Origin: the human T2T-CHM13v2.0 reference genome, Homo sapiens
Direction: 5' to 3' (one strand)
NCBI RefSeq assembly: GCF_009914755.1
Contig: NC_060931.1
DNA length: 64,000 nucleotides
The translations under genes and the position numbers were made by a program. Below, piece after piece: positions 25,270 through 42,995 of this stretch (the first letter of the stretch is position 1; every line of letters starts with the position of its first letter). Below the pieces are notes generated by a model. The model saw only the letters and a program-made list of their open reading frames with translations, was not told the origin of the DNA and did no database searches.

Positions 25270-26960
25270 AAAGTGTTTGTGAAAGTGGATGTCCTTGAAT
25301 TTTCCCTGTTTTTAGGTGAAAAGCATGTAGTTTCTCAGCATTAAGTATGATGTTACATGTAATTTTTTGGTAGATGCTCTCTATCAGTTTGAGGAAGTTT
25401 TACTCTGTTTTTAGTTGGTTGAGAGGTTTTATTGTGAATGGATGCTGAATTTATCAAATGCTTTTTTCTGAGTCTATTGAGATGATCATATGATTTTTAA
25501 AAAACTGTGTATTAATTGCTTCATAACAAATTATCCCATAACTTAACATCTTAAAACAACATACATTTTAAAAAAATCTTAGTTCCTATGGGTCTCTTGC
25601 AGATGCTCCTTAGCTGGCTCAGGGTCTCTTATGAGAGTCCAGTCAAGCAGGAAGCTGGAACTGTGGTTGTCCCTGAAAACTTGACTCACAAGGTTGTTTG
25701 CAGGCCCTAGTCTTTCTGCACAGGTGCCTCTCCACAGGGCTGCCTCATGGCATGGCAGCCGGCTTTCCCCAGGTCTGGTGATCTAAGAGGGGATACTCAA
25801 GGCAGAGAGAGCACCAAAATAGAAGAAACATTGTTCTTACAATGTTTTCTCAGAAGCGGTATCCTATGATTTTTGCCATATTATATTTATGGGATACAAG
25901 TCAACAAATGCAGCCCACACTCAAGAGCTGGGGATTACATAAGAGTGTGAATACTTAGAAGTGGGTGTTATTGGGAGCCATGTTAGAGACTGCCTACCAC
26001 TGTATTTTAAAATGGTGAATTACAGATTTGTGAATGTTAAGCCAACCTTGCATTCGTGGGATTAGTGTGACATTGTCATGGTTTACTATCTTCTTTATAT
26101 ATTGTTGCATTCAATTTGTTGAAGATGTACCAGTAATTTTTTGCATCTGTGTTCATGAGAGAGATTGATCTGTAGTTTCCTTACAATGTTCTTGTGTGGC
26201 TTTGGTATTGGAATGACACTGGCCTTATAAAATGAATTGGGAAGTATATCCTCTTCATCAGTATTTTGAAAGGGTTTCTGTACAATTGAAGTCATTTCTT
26301 CCTTTAATGTTTGTTTTAACTTCACCAGTGGTGCCACCTGGCCCTGGCATTATCTTTGTGGTAATGTTTTTGACCACAAATTCAATTCCTGTCATAGACA
26401 CAGGCCTATTCATGTTATCTATTTTTTTTTTTAACTGAGTGAGCTTTGGTAGTTTTTGTCTTTCAAATAATTGGTTTCATCTAAGTTGTGGAATTTATTG
26501 GCACAATGTTGTTTGTAGTATTTGTAGAACATCTGTAGTGATATCACTGCTCCCATTCCTGATAGTAATATTGGCGATGTATATTTTCTACTTTTTTTTC
26601 CCCTTATCTGTCTGGCTAGATGTTCATCATTTAAAAAAAACTTCTCTGAAAACCAGCTTTTGGTTTTATTGATTTTTCTTTATTGTTTTCTGTTTTCTAT
26701 TTTATTTATATCCACTTTCTTATTTATTATTTCACTCTTCTTATCTTGGTTTTTATTTGCTTTATTTATTTATTTTTTTTTTAGTATTTTAAGGTGGAAG
26801 CTGAGGTTATTGCTTTGAGACTTTTCTTCTTTTCTCTAGTCATTTAGTGTTACAAATTTTCCTACAGCTAAAGTACTACTTTAGCTGAATCTCACCATTT
26901 TCGTATTTTGTGTTTTCATTTTTATTTAGTCCAAGATGCTTTCTAATTGCCTTTCTCTAT
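25270..26960 (-). mobile_element. Old L1M ORF2 fragment interrupted by a MaLR LTR
   Basis: ORF 26095-26337(-) 'LKEEMTSIVQKPFQNTDEEDILPNSFYKAS' is L1 ORF2-like; L1 sequence lies on both sides of the LTR. Confidence 0.75.
25507..26000 (-). mobile_element. MLT1-type MaLR solo LTR
   Basis: 'tgtgtattaattgcttcataacaaattatccc..catggcagccggctttcccc..gactgcctacca'. Confidence 0.7.
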
Positions 26961-27724
26961 TAATTTAGTCATCAACTATTTTCTGTCATCCTTATCTTTT
27001 AGTTTCTATTTTAAGTAATTTGATTTCAACGTGCCCTTACATTTTTTTTTCTTTCAAATTTTCTGTGTTTGCAGTTCATTGACTTCTCAGGCCCATGTAT
27101 TTATAATTTAATTGCTTTAGTGATGTGGGTGGTTTCTTATTTACTGCCTTCATGTCCTTAAGAAGAGCACAAAAACCCTTAAAAATATTGCATGCTCCAA
27201 CATACTTGTAATTCATTTTTACTTTTTGATCATGACTAGAGGACTCTGCCTTGAGTCTTTTAAAAATATCTTCAGCTGTTTTCTCACATGCTAAAAAGTA
27301 TGATAATATTTTTCTCATTTGACTTAGTTAGAATTCAGCCTGTGCTTAGTAGTTGAGACATACTCATAGGGTTGATGTTTAATGATTAAAAACTTTTTGT
27401 TTCAAAAACTTGAAATGGCTTATTTTAATTATACATGCTTTTCTACTTTAGTGGTTTTTAAAACATTACATATGTTGGAATATTTATTATAAAATTCACA
27501 CAAGAGTGTACCAAAAATTGCTAATCTTGCCCGTTCAATTCCACATGTCTGGAGATATCTGATGTTAATAGTTTGGTGGTGTGTTTTCCTGTACACTTTT
27601 CACCATGCTCATACACTCACAAATATCTATATCTATGCATCTGTGTCTGTATTTATATCTGTATCTGTCTATATCTATCCATATACATAGCCGCATTTAT
27701 ACCCCACATGGAGTCATTCTATAC

Positions 27725-27790
27725 ATATTAGCTCTGTGTATCTGTGGGTTCTGTATGCACATACTCAACCAACCACGGATCCAAAGTGTG
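27725..27790. mobile_element. MER2/Tigger terminal fragment
   Basis: 'tatctgtgggttctgtatgcacatactcaaccaaccacggatccaaa'. Confidence 0.5.
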
Positions 27791-28848
27791 TATTCAAAAA
27801 CTTCGTATTTTTACCTTAACAGTGTGGGCTTTTCATAAATATCTTCGGTTTTTCTGCTTTTGATAGCATATAGGGATGTGGGAACTTTTTATAAGAAGAA
27901 AAGCATTCTAAAAACAATTTTATTTAGAGTTATATTTTCTTTAGAGAGAACAATTAAATTAGTTAGCTTTACAGACAAGCCAGAGGCCATCAAATTATTG
28001 AATAAAGACAACAAAGTCTCCAGAGTATCGGGAGAATGACAGGCTTAGAACTAAAGTAAAAAGCAAGGAGCAAAAATCACAGAGACTGAAATAAAATGAG
28101 AGGGTGGGGAAGGCTGGGTGAGAAGAGAATGGGTGAAGAAGGAAGAAGAAGGGAAGGAGGTGGAGGTCTAGTGGAATAATGTAAACCAAATTTTGAAATG
28201 AATGCTTTTTGGTGTTTTTCTTTTACAATGTTATTTCTTTTTATCCATTAGCTTTGAAATAAAGGAAACCCCCACCATTGTCCTCAGTTCTTCAGTATCT
28301 CTAACCATTAGCTCCATTCATTCCAATTTGGAGATGAAATCAAGATGGGGACAGATTTTAAGCATACATATTCATGCATAAAACTTTTAAACAACATAAT
28401 GCCCTTTCCTTCTCTAGCCTAGGTTAGCTGCTTACACGATGACCCATCAGTTAATGTCCATCTGATTTGCCTATTTTTTGTTTTTTAAATTAAGGCTAGT
28501 TACCCAACCTCTTAATGATTCAGAAATAAACCACTTCCAGTCAGATGGTAAAACGTGTGACAGAGTTCAAGAATCATGTTAGGGTACTACTAGCAGCCTG
28601 GGCCTTAAGTTTCTCATTTTAGAGGTAGATTTTTTAGTGTAAGCTCTAGTGTGAGATCTAAGTGTAAACACAATGATTGTGAGGATTTTTTTGTACTGTA
28701 ATTTATGCTGATGCAGCTTTTAGAATGTGGGCTTTTTGGGTATTTCCTGAAACTGAAATTGGCATGCTTTCTAGAGTTATATATTGGCATGTTTAGTGAT
28801 ATTAAAGTTGCAGTGAAGAGTTCTGAATTTAATTTCTTCTTTTCTCAG

Positions 28849-29094
28849 ATATGTGTCACAAAGATGTCTACACGGAACTGCCAGGGAATGGACTCAGTGA
28901 TCAAACCCCTGGACACAATTCCTGAGGATAAAAAAGTCAGAGTTCAGAGGACACAGAGCACTTTTGACCCATTTGAGAAACCAGCTAATCAAGTAAAGAG
29001 GGTGCATTCTGAGAACAATGCTTGCATTAACTTTAAGACCTCCTCCACTGGCAAAGAGTCACCTAAAGTTAGGCGGCACTCCAGCCCCAGCTCG
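28849..29094 (+). CDS. CDK14: CDK14 internal coding exon, 246 nt, phase 0-0 (ICVTKMSTRN...RRHSSPSS)
   Basis: Acceptor ttcttcttttctcag|, donor TCG|gtaagt; lies within ORF 28705-29127; recognised CDK14 N-terminal extension; internal Met at 28864. Confidence 0.97.
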
Positions 29095-31622
29095 GTAAGT
29101 GCAGTCTTTTTGTTTATCACTGGGTAAACAGAAGGAATAGCCCTCTTATGATAGCATGCGGTGCTGGAAGACAGCAGGAAACTTTATCAGTGCCTTATTA
29201 TGCATTCTCTCCCAGGGTGGTTGAATGTTTTGGAAGAGAGAGAGCAAACTATATATGGACTCCTTATTTATAAGCACTAAGCAAGCAAATGAATGAAATG
29301 ATTCAACTTATTTTTGGAAAAATCATTTTTCCCCCTTAATTGTTTCTAGTTAGAGGAATTTATAATTAAAAGTCTTTTGTATTTCAAACCCTTGGAGAGG
29401 TTATTGAACTTTACTGTGTAGGCAGTAAGGATAGTTTTGAAATTAGCAAATTCACAAGGAATTTCATTGCAGAATAAATATCAAAATTTGTTCACTTGCG
29501 TTAATCCAGTTTTTTTTGGGGGGGTACTCCACCAGTCTTTCTCATGTGACTCTGTAAAGTGACAAGTTGAAGTTCTTTTCCAGGACAAAGCCCTGTACTG
29601 AATGGAAAATGCTGGAGTAGAAATCTGTGTAGGGTAGATTCAGTAGGACCAAAGGAAAGAAGAGAATGTCCAGAAAGAAGTGTTAGAGGGAAACAGACTT
29701 TAGATATAACTAGTGATTTACAAGTTAGAAAGGAACACACCAAGAGAGAATATTCTCTGTTATATTTCTATTCTCAAATACATTTTTTCCTACTTTTTGG
29801 CTTAAATTAATATACATTATTTACAATTGTATGATAATGTAAATTTTGGTCAGGGAAACCACAAGTATGCTATGAATAAATTTCCTTCCTTGCACAACTT
29901 CTTCATTTTCTTAGTTGTCATTGTCTACTTTTCCTTCATTCAAATTAAGATAATTTTAAACACAATTTGAGGCCTGCAACTATATGACAAAACTGTAAAA
30001 TGCCTCCAAAACAAATCAGATAATCTATCAGTTTTTCTCCCCCACTGAGATTGCCCTGGCAGTTCTTCATAGTCCTAATTTAATATAGATTGGTTAACCT
30101 CTAATCCTATAGTCATAAGGCGTCCTTTTCTGAGAATTTTTTCCTCCTTTTTTAATGTTAAATACCCATTCTCTGGGTTACATGTCTTTCTTGTTCTTGG
30201 TTTATTTCATTGTTTTAAAGTACATCCTCGCAGTAGCTTCTTGAGAAAGGGTGATGGGGGGTTTGTCATATGACTATGATTTTATCTGTCGTTGATTACT
30301 TGATTAATAATCTGGCCAAGTATGTGATTTTAGTTTAGAAAATAATTTTTTCTTAGACTTTTGAATACCTTGTTTTATTGTTTTCTAGGTGCCTAGATTG
30401 TATTGAAATCCCTAGACTATTCTGGTTTCCCAGTTCATCCTTTATCTGCTTTTTTGTTTGTGGAACTTTCTAGGACTTTCTTTTCATCCCTGGTGTCATC
30501 CTTTTTCTTGGTATCAATGGGTGTTTTCAATTTTTGAGTTAATTTCTTTCAGTTTCAAAAGTTTTCTTATATGTTTATTTAATTTTTTGTAATCTTCTCT
30601 TTTACGATAACATTTTTATTAGTTGGATGTTGGCATTATTGGATTGATCTTCTAGTTACCTTTTCTTTTCCCTATTATTTTAAATCTTTTTTTTCCTACC
30701 TTCTGGGTTTTTTTAACTTTTAATTTTTAACCCTTCAATTGGATTTTTAATTATACTAATATTTATTTCCATGAACTCTTTCTTATTCTTTGAATGCTCT
30801 TTTAAAAAGTATCCTGTTCTATTTCAATGAATAACATATCACTTCATATGTTTCTGAGGATACAAAATGTAGCTTGGGGAATTTTTTTTCCTTTTACATA
30901 TTCTCTGAATTATTTCTGGATTTCCTTTGAGTTTCTTGTTTCTGTTTATTTGTTTTGGTCTCTGCCTTACCTGTTGAGATTTTTGGTGGGTCTATGTCAT
31001 GCCTCTTGGAGAGAAACTGTTGGCTGTCAGTTTATGTTATGAGTAATGTACTCAGAAGTTGATTGGAAGCTCTGTGCCTGGGTGGCTTGTCAGTTGGTTG
31101 GCTTCAGCATAGGGACTCTTGGTGAAGACCTAGTCGTTTTATTTAAGTACTCTCAAATGTCGCTGTCTCTTGATCTTGTTTTTGTTACTGGGTGTTTCTC
31201 ACAAAATGGACTTACCCAATTTATTTTTTTTAGGACATATAAACCTAGCTGTCACTATTCTGAGATGATCAAGAAGGGACTGAGGACCCTTCAGTTCTCT
31301 ATGCCAACTTTCTCATGATTTTTTTTTTTTTCATTCGGTATGACTCTTCAATCTGATATCCACTCTGCCTGGTATCCAAGCCCCAGTTGAATTCTCTGAT
31401 TCAACCTCTTCAGAGAATAAATCTCTGGCGGGACTAGGAAGGGATAGGGGGCTGGCCGAGGGAGACTGGGGCAAAGACCTCCACCTTAAATTCACTCCAA
31501 CTAATCATATCATTTGTAGCCCCAACTTGAACTTCAGCTTCCAGTTTGTGAGTATTTTTGGGATTCTGAAGTATGAATTGACTTATTTCTTACTGGCTTA
31601 TGCCTTGGATCATGTAGGTATC

Positions 31623-31660
<38 letters not shown>

Positions 31661-32589
31661 CCCACTCATCCTAGGCAATGTGACTTCTCAACCATTTGTG
31701 TCCTGTCTTTACATTTTTATTTCTATCTCGTCTCTAGTGTTCTCTTTACTCATTTTGATTGCCCTTATGGGTTTTAATTTTAGTATTGTTTTAGTATGAA
31801 TTGGTAAGGGGGAGAGATAAATACATGTTTTCAAGCCATCAAGTTTCACTGGAAGTTTTCACAGTTTCTCTATTGTATTTTTTAGTTTCTTTAGATCATC
31901 TTGGGCTTACCCTTTCCTGGTTCACCCTGGGATGACTTTTTTTAATATATATTAGGTCATTTATATTACTTTGTGTGGGAACTGCTTTGCTTTCTTTTTA
32001 TTTTAGGAATTTTTGCTTCAATTCAATGTGCCCTGGAAAAATGTCTTTTCTCTTACCTTATCAAACTGGAAATGGCTTCGTTTTCTCTTTCAGCAGGATG
32101 CTATAATATCCTGTTTTTTTCTGAGTCCTTTCTGTTTGCTGCCCTTTTAAAAAATATATTTTTTCTTTTTTTAAAATTATACTTTAAGTTCTGGGGTACA
32201 TGTGCAGAACATGCAGGTTTGTTACATAGGTATACACTTGCCATGGTGGATTGCTGCACTCGTCAACCTGTCATTTACATTAGATATTTCTCCTAATGCT
32301 ATCCCTCCCCTAGCCCTGGTGTATGATGTTCCCCTCCCTGTGTCCATGTGTTCTCATTGTTTAACTCCCACTTATGAGTGAGAACATGTGGTGTTTGGTT
32401 TTCTGTTCTTCTCTTAGTTTGCTGAGAATGATGGTTTCCAGCTTCATCCATGTCCGCGCAGAGGACATGAACTCATCCTTTTTTATGGCTGCATAGTATT
32501 CCATGGTGTATATGTGCCACATTTTCTTAATTCAGTCTATCTTTGATGGGCATTTGGGTTGGTTTCAAGTCTTTGCTATTGTGAACTAT

Positions 32590-36137
<3,548 letters not shown>

Positions 36138-36209
36138 TATGATGCTAGCTGGTTATTTTGCCCATTAGTTGATGCAGTTTCTTCATAGCGTTGATGGTCT
36201 TTACAATTT

Positions 36210-37226
36210 GGTATGTTTTTACTGTGGCTGGTACTGGTTGTTCCTTTCCATGTTTAGTGCTTCCTTCAGGAGCTCTTGTAAGGCAGGCCTGGTGGTGACA
36301 GTGTCTCTCAGCATTTGCTTGTCTCTAAAGGATTTTATTTCTCCTTCCCTTATGAAGCTTAGTTTAGCTGGATATGAAATTCTGGGTTGAAAATACTTTC
36401 CTTCGAGAATGTTGAATATTGGCCTCCACTCTCTTCTGGCTTGTAGGGTTTCTGCTGAGAGATCTGCTTTTAGTCTGATGGGCTTCTCTTTGTGGGTAAC
36501 CTGAGTCTTCTCTCTGGCTGCCCTTAGCATTTTTTCCTTCATTTCAGCCTTGGTGACTCTGAGGATTATGTGTCTTGGGGTTGCTCTTCTTGAGGAGTAT
36601 CTTTGTGGTGGTCTCTGTATTTCCTGAATTTGAATGTTGTCCTGCCTTGCTAGGTTGGGGAAGTTCTCCTGGATGATATCCTGAAGAGTGTTTTCCAACT
36701 TGGTTCTATTCTCCCCGTCACTTTCAGGTACATCAGTCAAATATAGATTTTGTCTTTTCTCACAGTCCCGTATTTCTTGGAGGCTTTATTTGCTTCTTTT
36801 CACTCTTTTTTCTCTAATCTTATCTTCTTGTTTTATTTCATTGAGTTGATCTTCAATCTCTGATGTCCTTTCTTCCCCTTGATCGATTCAGCTATTGATA
36901 CTTGTGTATGGTTCACAAAGTTCTTGTGCTATGTTTGTCAGCTCCATTAGTTCATTTATATTCTTCTCCAAACTGGTTATTCTAGTTAGCAGTTCATCTA
37001 ACCTTTTTTCAAGGTTCTTAGCTTTATTGCATTGGGTTAAAACACGCTCCTTTAGCTCAGAGGAGTTTGTTATTACCCACTTTCTGAAGCCTACCTCTGT
37101 CAATTCGTCAAACTCATTCTCCGTCTGGTTTTGTTCCCCTGCTGGCGAGGAGTTGTGATCCTTTGGGAGAGAAGAGGTGTTCTGGTTTTTGTAATTTTCA
37201 GCCTTTTTGCGCTGGTTTCTCCCCAT
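36210..37226 (-). pseudogene. Disrupted L1 ORF1
   Basis: MGRNQRKKAEN... (36888-37232, premature stop) and ...IIQENFPNLARQ..QPRISYPAKLSF (36219-36740). Confidence 0.93.
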
Positions 37227-40200
37227 CTTCATGGATTTACCTACCTTTGGTCTTTGATGTTGGTGACCTTCGGATGGGGTCTCTGAGTGGACATCCTTTT
37301 TGTTGATGTTGATGCTGTTCCTTTCTGTTTGTTAGTTTTCTTTCTAACAGGCGCTTCTGCTGCAGGTCTGCTGGAGTTTGCTGGAGGTCCAGTCTAGACC
37401 CTGTTTGCCTGGGTATCACGAGCAGAGGCTGCACAACAGCAAAGATTGCTGCCTGTTCCTTCGTCTGGAAGCTTCATCCCAGAGGGTCACCCACCAGATG
37501 CCAGCCAGAATTATCCTGTATGAGTTTCCGTCGGTCCCCACTGAGAGGTGTCTCCCAGTCAGGATACATGGGGTTCAGGGACCCACTTGAGGAGGCAGTC
37601 TGTCCCTTATCAGGGCTTGAACACTGTGCTGGGAGATCCGCTGCTCTCTTTAGAGCTGTCAGGCAGGGATGTTTAAGTTCTGCTGAAGCTGCGCCCACAG
37701 CCGCCCCTTTCCCCCGTTGCTCTGTCCCAGGGAGATGGGGGTTTTATCTCTAAGTCCCTGACTTGGGGCTGCTGCCTTTCTTTCAGAAATGCCCTGCCCA
37801 GAGAGGAGGAATCTAGAGAAGGAGTCTGGCCACCAGCGGCCTTTGGCCTGGCCTTGCTGAGCTACAGTGGGCTCTGCCCATTTCAACCTTCCCGATGGCT
37901 TTGTTTACACTGTGAGGGTAAAACCACCTACTCAAGCCTCAGCAAAGGCGATTCTCCCACCCCCACCTAGCTTAAGCGTCCCAGGTCGACTTCACACTGC
38001 TACGCTGGCAGCGAGAATTTCAAGCCAGTGGATCTTAGCTTGCTGGGCACCGTGGAGGTGGGACCTGCCGAGCCAGACCACTTGGCTCCCTGGCTTCAGC
38101 CCCCTTTCCAGGGGAGTGAACGGTTCTGTCTCCCTGGCATTCCAGGTGCCACTGGGGTATGAAAAATAAACTGCTGCAGCTAGCTCGGTGTCTGCCCAAA
38201 CGGCTGCCCAGTTTTGTGCTTGAAACCCAGGCCCTGGTGGCCTAGGCACCGGCGGGAATCTCCTGGTCTTCCGGTTGCAAACACTGTGGTAAAAGCACAG
38301 TATCTGGGCCAGAGTGCACTGTTCCTCCCGGTACAGTCTCTCATGGCTTCACTTGGCTGGGGGAGGGAAATCCCTTTACCCCTTGCGCTTCCTGGGCAAG
38401 GCGATGCCCTACCCAGCTTTAGCCCTCCGTGGGCTGCACCAACTGTCCAACCAGTCCCAGTGAGATGAACCGGGTACCTCAGTTGGAAGTGTAGAAATCA
38501 CCTGCCTTCCGTGTTGATCTCGCTGGGAGCTGCAGATGGGAGCTGTTCCTATTTGGCCATCTTGCCAGCAAATCCTGTCTGCTGCCTTTTTGTTCTCTCC
38601 CCTGTTGTGATAAGAAGGGGTACTTTATTATGTTTTTTTTTTTTTTTTTTTTTTTTTTGGTAGAAAGGTTAATTTCCACTGGATTCTGAATTGGGCAGAA
38701 AATGGAAACATTAACACTTTTTGCATAACGCCATTTTACATCCCCTGCAGCAGTGTAAAGATTTGATCAGTTAATTCCCATGGGAAGCATGGGAAAGCAA
38801 GGGAGCCTTATAGACACGGGTGTTATTTTTAACAATGCTTAGAGGATGTAACAATGACTGATAAGCATCAAAGGAAGACCCTGTTTCCTTAAGGGTCACC
38901 ATGATTTATGTCATACTTTTATTTTATCATTATTTCTTTTAAAATATTAGTTATCTTTTATAGGCTCCAAGAGTAGAGCTGAAAAGGAAGGAAAATGTGA
39001 TAGAAGTGTGGCATTGCAGCCACTGTTTTAATGAGGAAAGCATTGTTTTTTGGAAATACTGTGGTAGAAACTATTTTAAAATATCATGCCTTCCCAGCCG
39101 TATACATCTATATGCTCTTCACATACAGGCCATTATATATTAGGAGCCTTGACTGAAATCAAGGAACCAAGAATGCCTTGACCTCAGTGGCCATCATGCT
39201 AATGTAACTGGCTGATTGGTTTTTTTCTTCAGATAGTGGCACTTTAAAATTCACGCAAAATATAAAGAATGAGGTTTTATTTATAGTGGTATATTTTAAG
39301 AGGGTGTTTAAGAGGTTTTTAAATTTGTTTCAGATGTATATTGAGTGCCCACTTTTCCTAGGACTAGTTCCTGTGTGGTGTTTAATACCGTCACTGATGT
39401 GACAAACCTTCCCTCCCCTATTCCTGCCACCTCCTCTAACCCAGCTGTGCTCCTCAGTAGCTGCAGTTCTTGGGAGTACTACAGGAGATTTCCTGTCTTG
39501 CTGGACCAATTTAGAAGGGATTTCATTGAGTTATGCTGTCATAAGCTGATCTTAAAGAGGGCATATTTTCAGAAACTCATATTTAGGTTAAGGTCCTCTC
39601 TACATTCCACAAATTGCTCCAAATTTACCTCTTTTCATCACCATAAAAATCTATATCCCATGATAGGCAGGCCTAATCTGGGAGATGTGGGAGGAGGGTG
39701 CAAACCTGCAAATGAGAGTTTCACTTCTGTTTTTAGATACTTGTTCTTAAGGTGTGGTTGGTGTGTCATCTTGGCGTTACTTCCTCTTCTGGGGAGTGGA
39801 AAATTCCCAGATTAGAACCAAGCCCCCTTGACAGGTTGTTACCATGTGTGGTGTTTGGATCCATACCTCTGCACAGCACCTAGATCTATTTTATAACCAA
39901 GTTACCTATCAATGATGCATTACCTTAGTGTGGCTGTAATAGGGCTATCAATGCTGGGTGATAAAGCTTGTTCTGGAGATCAAAGGCAAAATAAAAATTA
40001 GCCCAGTCAGGTTTGACTTTAAATCCTTATTTAATGGAGTCACGTGGTTCTGATTGAATCCTTCCTCTCTCACCCTCATACCCACTCTCACAATTACAGT
40101 ATAATGTGCTGGAGAAGTGATTCTCCATTGTGGTTTTCCTCAATTCAGGGGGTACTCAACAATCTTAAGCAAGGGGTTATGTGTGAGGGTTAAAATCAGT

Positions 40201-40439
40201 TTTCAATGAAGTCAGTATGAAGCTATGGACATTCTTACTGGATATCAGGGTATCATTACAGTGAACACTGAAGTATACTCATGAAGTTTATAAAAATTGC
40301 AGTTCAGACACCCATCCTTGCTTCTGTGAGTGGGGTTTCAATAGAAGATAGACCGAAGCATGTTTAATATTTCCTCTATGTGGGTGAGGGTTAGGACTCT
40401 GTGTGAATATTCCACCAGTGTAATAGTAACAAAGAAAAT

Positions 40440-40670
40440 AATTCTCAATTCTGATAATCTTGGTTTGAATTCTAGTTCTGCCAGTAACTATAGGATTTTA
40501 GATGAGTTACTTTATTTTTCCAGTCTATAAATTATTCATGTTCAAATGGGGATAGTAATAGAACCAACCTCATGGTGGTATTATAGAGATTAAGTTTATG
40601 TAATACATATAAAATGATTAGCTTAAGGTCTGGTACATAATTACTTGATATTAGCTAGTTGTTATTATTA
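40440..40670 (+). mobile_element. MIR
   Basis: 'ggtttgaattctagttctgcca..aaatggggatagtaatagaaccaacctcatggtggt..tctggtacataa'. Confidence 0.75.
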
Positions 40671-42498
40671 TTACACAGACAATGAACTAGAGCTGTCAAG
40701 GGTTAAGAACACCTCTATGGCAGGGTGACAAACATTGTTCAGCTGGAACATTATGTGCACTTTTCATTATCCATGTCAGTGTTCCCCTCCGCTGGCCCAG
40801 ATAATTGACGGTTCTCTATACTTTTATTCAGTTTTTTAAAAAAGTGTTAACATCATCTCATTAAATTTCACATCTCTATGCAGTTAGTGTCTGTTAGAAA
40901 TTGCTGATTAGCCCTCTGTATTTCCACGTCTCTAAAGTGGTATCTCAAGCCTACACTCTAAGTAGGGAAGCGATAAGCAGAGAATAGTTGTCCCATAAAG
41001 CTGTTTCTCATCCATCCACACACCTGACATCAAAAAGCCAAAGATAATGTTTAAGGTTGACTACACCTTGGTTTGATCCAGTATCTTTATTTAAATGTGA
41101 TGATTTAATAAAGTTGCAAGGAAAAAAAGACAAAGGACTCCACTTTAATTATAAACAAAAATCTCTCCTTCTGAATTATTCTTTTTTTTTTTACTTATTT
41201 GATGGGAAGAATTTTATTATTGACCTCTTTAAATATTTGGCATTTGGATTCTTTATTTATGTGTACAGTAATTACAGATCAGACCATTTCTGCATACTTA
41301 AAATAGGAGACTCACTTTATAAGAATCTAACTCTCAAAGCGGAGACTGTCTCTTAGATGCATCCTATTCCATAGGACTGTTGTTTTGTAGACTAGGAAAA
41401 GTTTTAGAGAGAATTACATGCCTTTGATTCTTCCTATGGAGTCAGCATGATTGATTTGTAAGTTACAGTGTATTTCCACAATGTCTACCTGTCAGTTTCA
41501 CAGGGCAGATAATATTGATTTTTTTACCACAAAATGTGGCAAAGTATTAATTTTCTGCCATTGTAGTGTTAACAGAATATAGAATACAACCGTAGCAGTT
41601 AATGCATCCAAACCCAGTTAGTTAGATAGACTACTTTGTACCATTGGCATCTTCCTTTACTAAATCTTTCTTGTGAATGAATGGAGATTGTTTTTATTAA
41701 AATTTTTTTTGTTTTTCTAATTTCCTCAGTTCAGTTTTTTCAAGTAGTAAGTTTAATATGGTCTATGTCTTAAAAATAACTACATTAACTCTTTTATACA
41801 AAACTATCTATGTAGAGTGAATATATCGTTTTTAGAAAATTATTTGTGCCTTTCCAGAAAGAGAAAATTTTGGCTTCCTGTTCTCTTGCCAAGTGGTGAC
41901 TGTGTCTTATACTTACTCTAAGTAGTCATTAGCAGTTTATCTCCTAATAAGAATAAAAAGGTAATTTTCCGCTGCTGTGTTTTTCTTTAACTTAGATTGC
42001 ATTCATTCTTAAAGGAGCACAAAAGCAAACACACAGACCTCTCATTCTGATTTTAAATAATTTAGAGTGGAACTGTGAACACAATATTTTCCCCATTGAA
42101 GATCATTTTATACTGAAGTTTAATATAGGTTTTTAAATTTCTATTTAAAACTTGGGCTCAGGAGGGTGATGGTAAAGTGTGACATTCACAAGCTGTTTCC
42201 TGGTGATGAAAAATGCATGAGAACATAACCCACACAGGACTAGTCAGGCGACTTTGAATGTAATTTTCCATTAAATTTTACTTGATTTAACTCAACACAT
42301 GGTTTGTATCTTACAAATTTCTTGAAGAAAGAAATAGGTGGTCCTAAGTGAATGTAATGCCTAAAGAGCTCATCATTGTAATCATAGTTTAAATTACGTG
42401 GAACCAAGTTAAATTCCTAAAAAAAAAAACTTACACCCTCTCCTCCCTTCTTCTCCTCCGTTTCTTTCTATATTAATTTTTGAAATATCTTTGTCCTT

Positions 42499-42538
42499 CA
42501 TATACATATACATATATATGTGTATGTATGTGTGTGTG

Positions 42539-42576
<38 letters not shown>

Positions 42577-42608
42577 AAGAAAGAAAGAGAAAGAGTGTGT
42601 GTGTGTGT
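42499..42608. repeat. Compound microsatellite (TA)n/(TG)n/(GA)n/(GAAA)n
   Basis: Directly visible dinucleotide runs. Confidence 0.95.
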
Positions 42609-42995
42609 TATGGGCTGAATGGTGTTCCCTTAAAATTCATATGTTGAAGTCCCAGCCCCCAGTACCTCAGAATGTAACCGTGTTTGAAGGTAAGGTTTTT
42701 AAAGAGGTGACTAAATTAAAATTAGGTCATTGGGTGTGACCCTAATATAATATGACTGGTGTCCTTGCAAGAAGTGTAGAGACACCAGGGATCCCATCAA
42801 CCAGAGGGAAGGCCATGTGAGGACACAAGAGAAGGTGGCCATCTGCAAGCCAACGTGAGAGGACTCAGGAGAAACAAACCCTGCCAAAACCTTGATCTTG
42901 GACTTCTAGCTTCCAAAACTGTGAACAAATAAATTTTTGTTCTTGAAGCCACCAAGTATGTGATGTTTTGTTATGACACCTCTAGCAATCCATAC
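42606..42995 (+). mobile_element. MLT1A/B-type MaLR solo LTR (~390 bp)
   Basis: 'tgttatgggctgaat..aaattcatatgttgaagtcc..ccttgatcttggacttctagc..aataaattt..taca'. Confidence 0.88.

Noticed and set aside
28705-29127. 140-aa ORF as a stand-alone gene
   Set aside because: Only 28849-29094 is bounded by splice sites; the flanks are intronic read-through
39345-39815. 156-aa + strand ORF
   Set aside because: GTG start, no domain similarity, no convincing splice sites; compatible with chance
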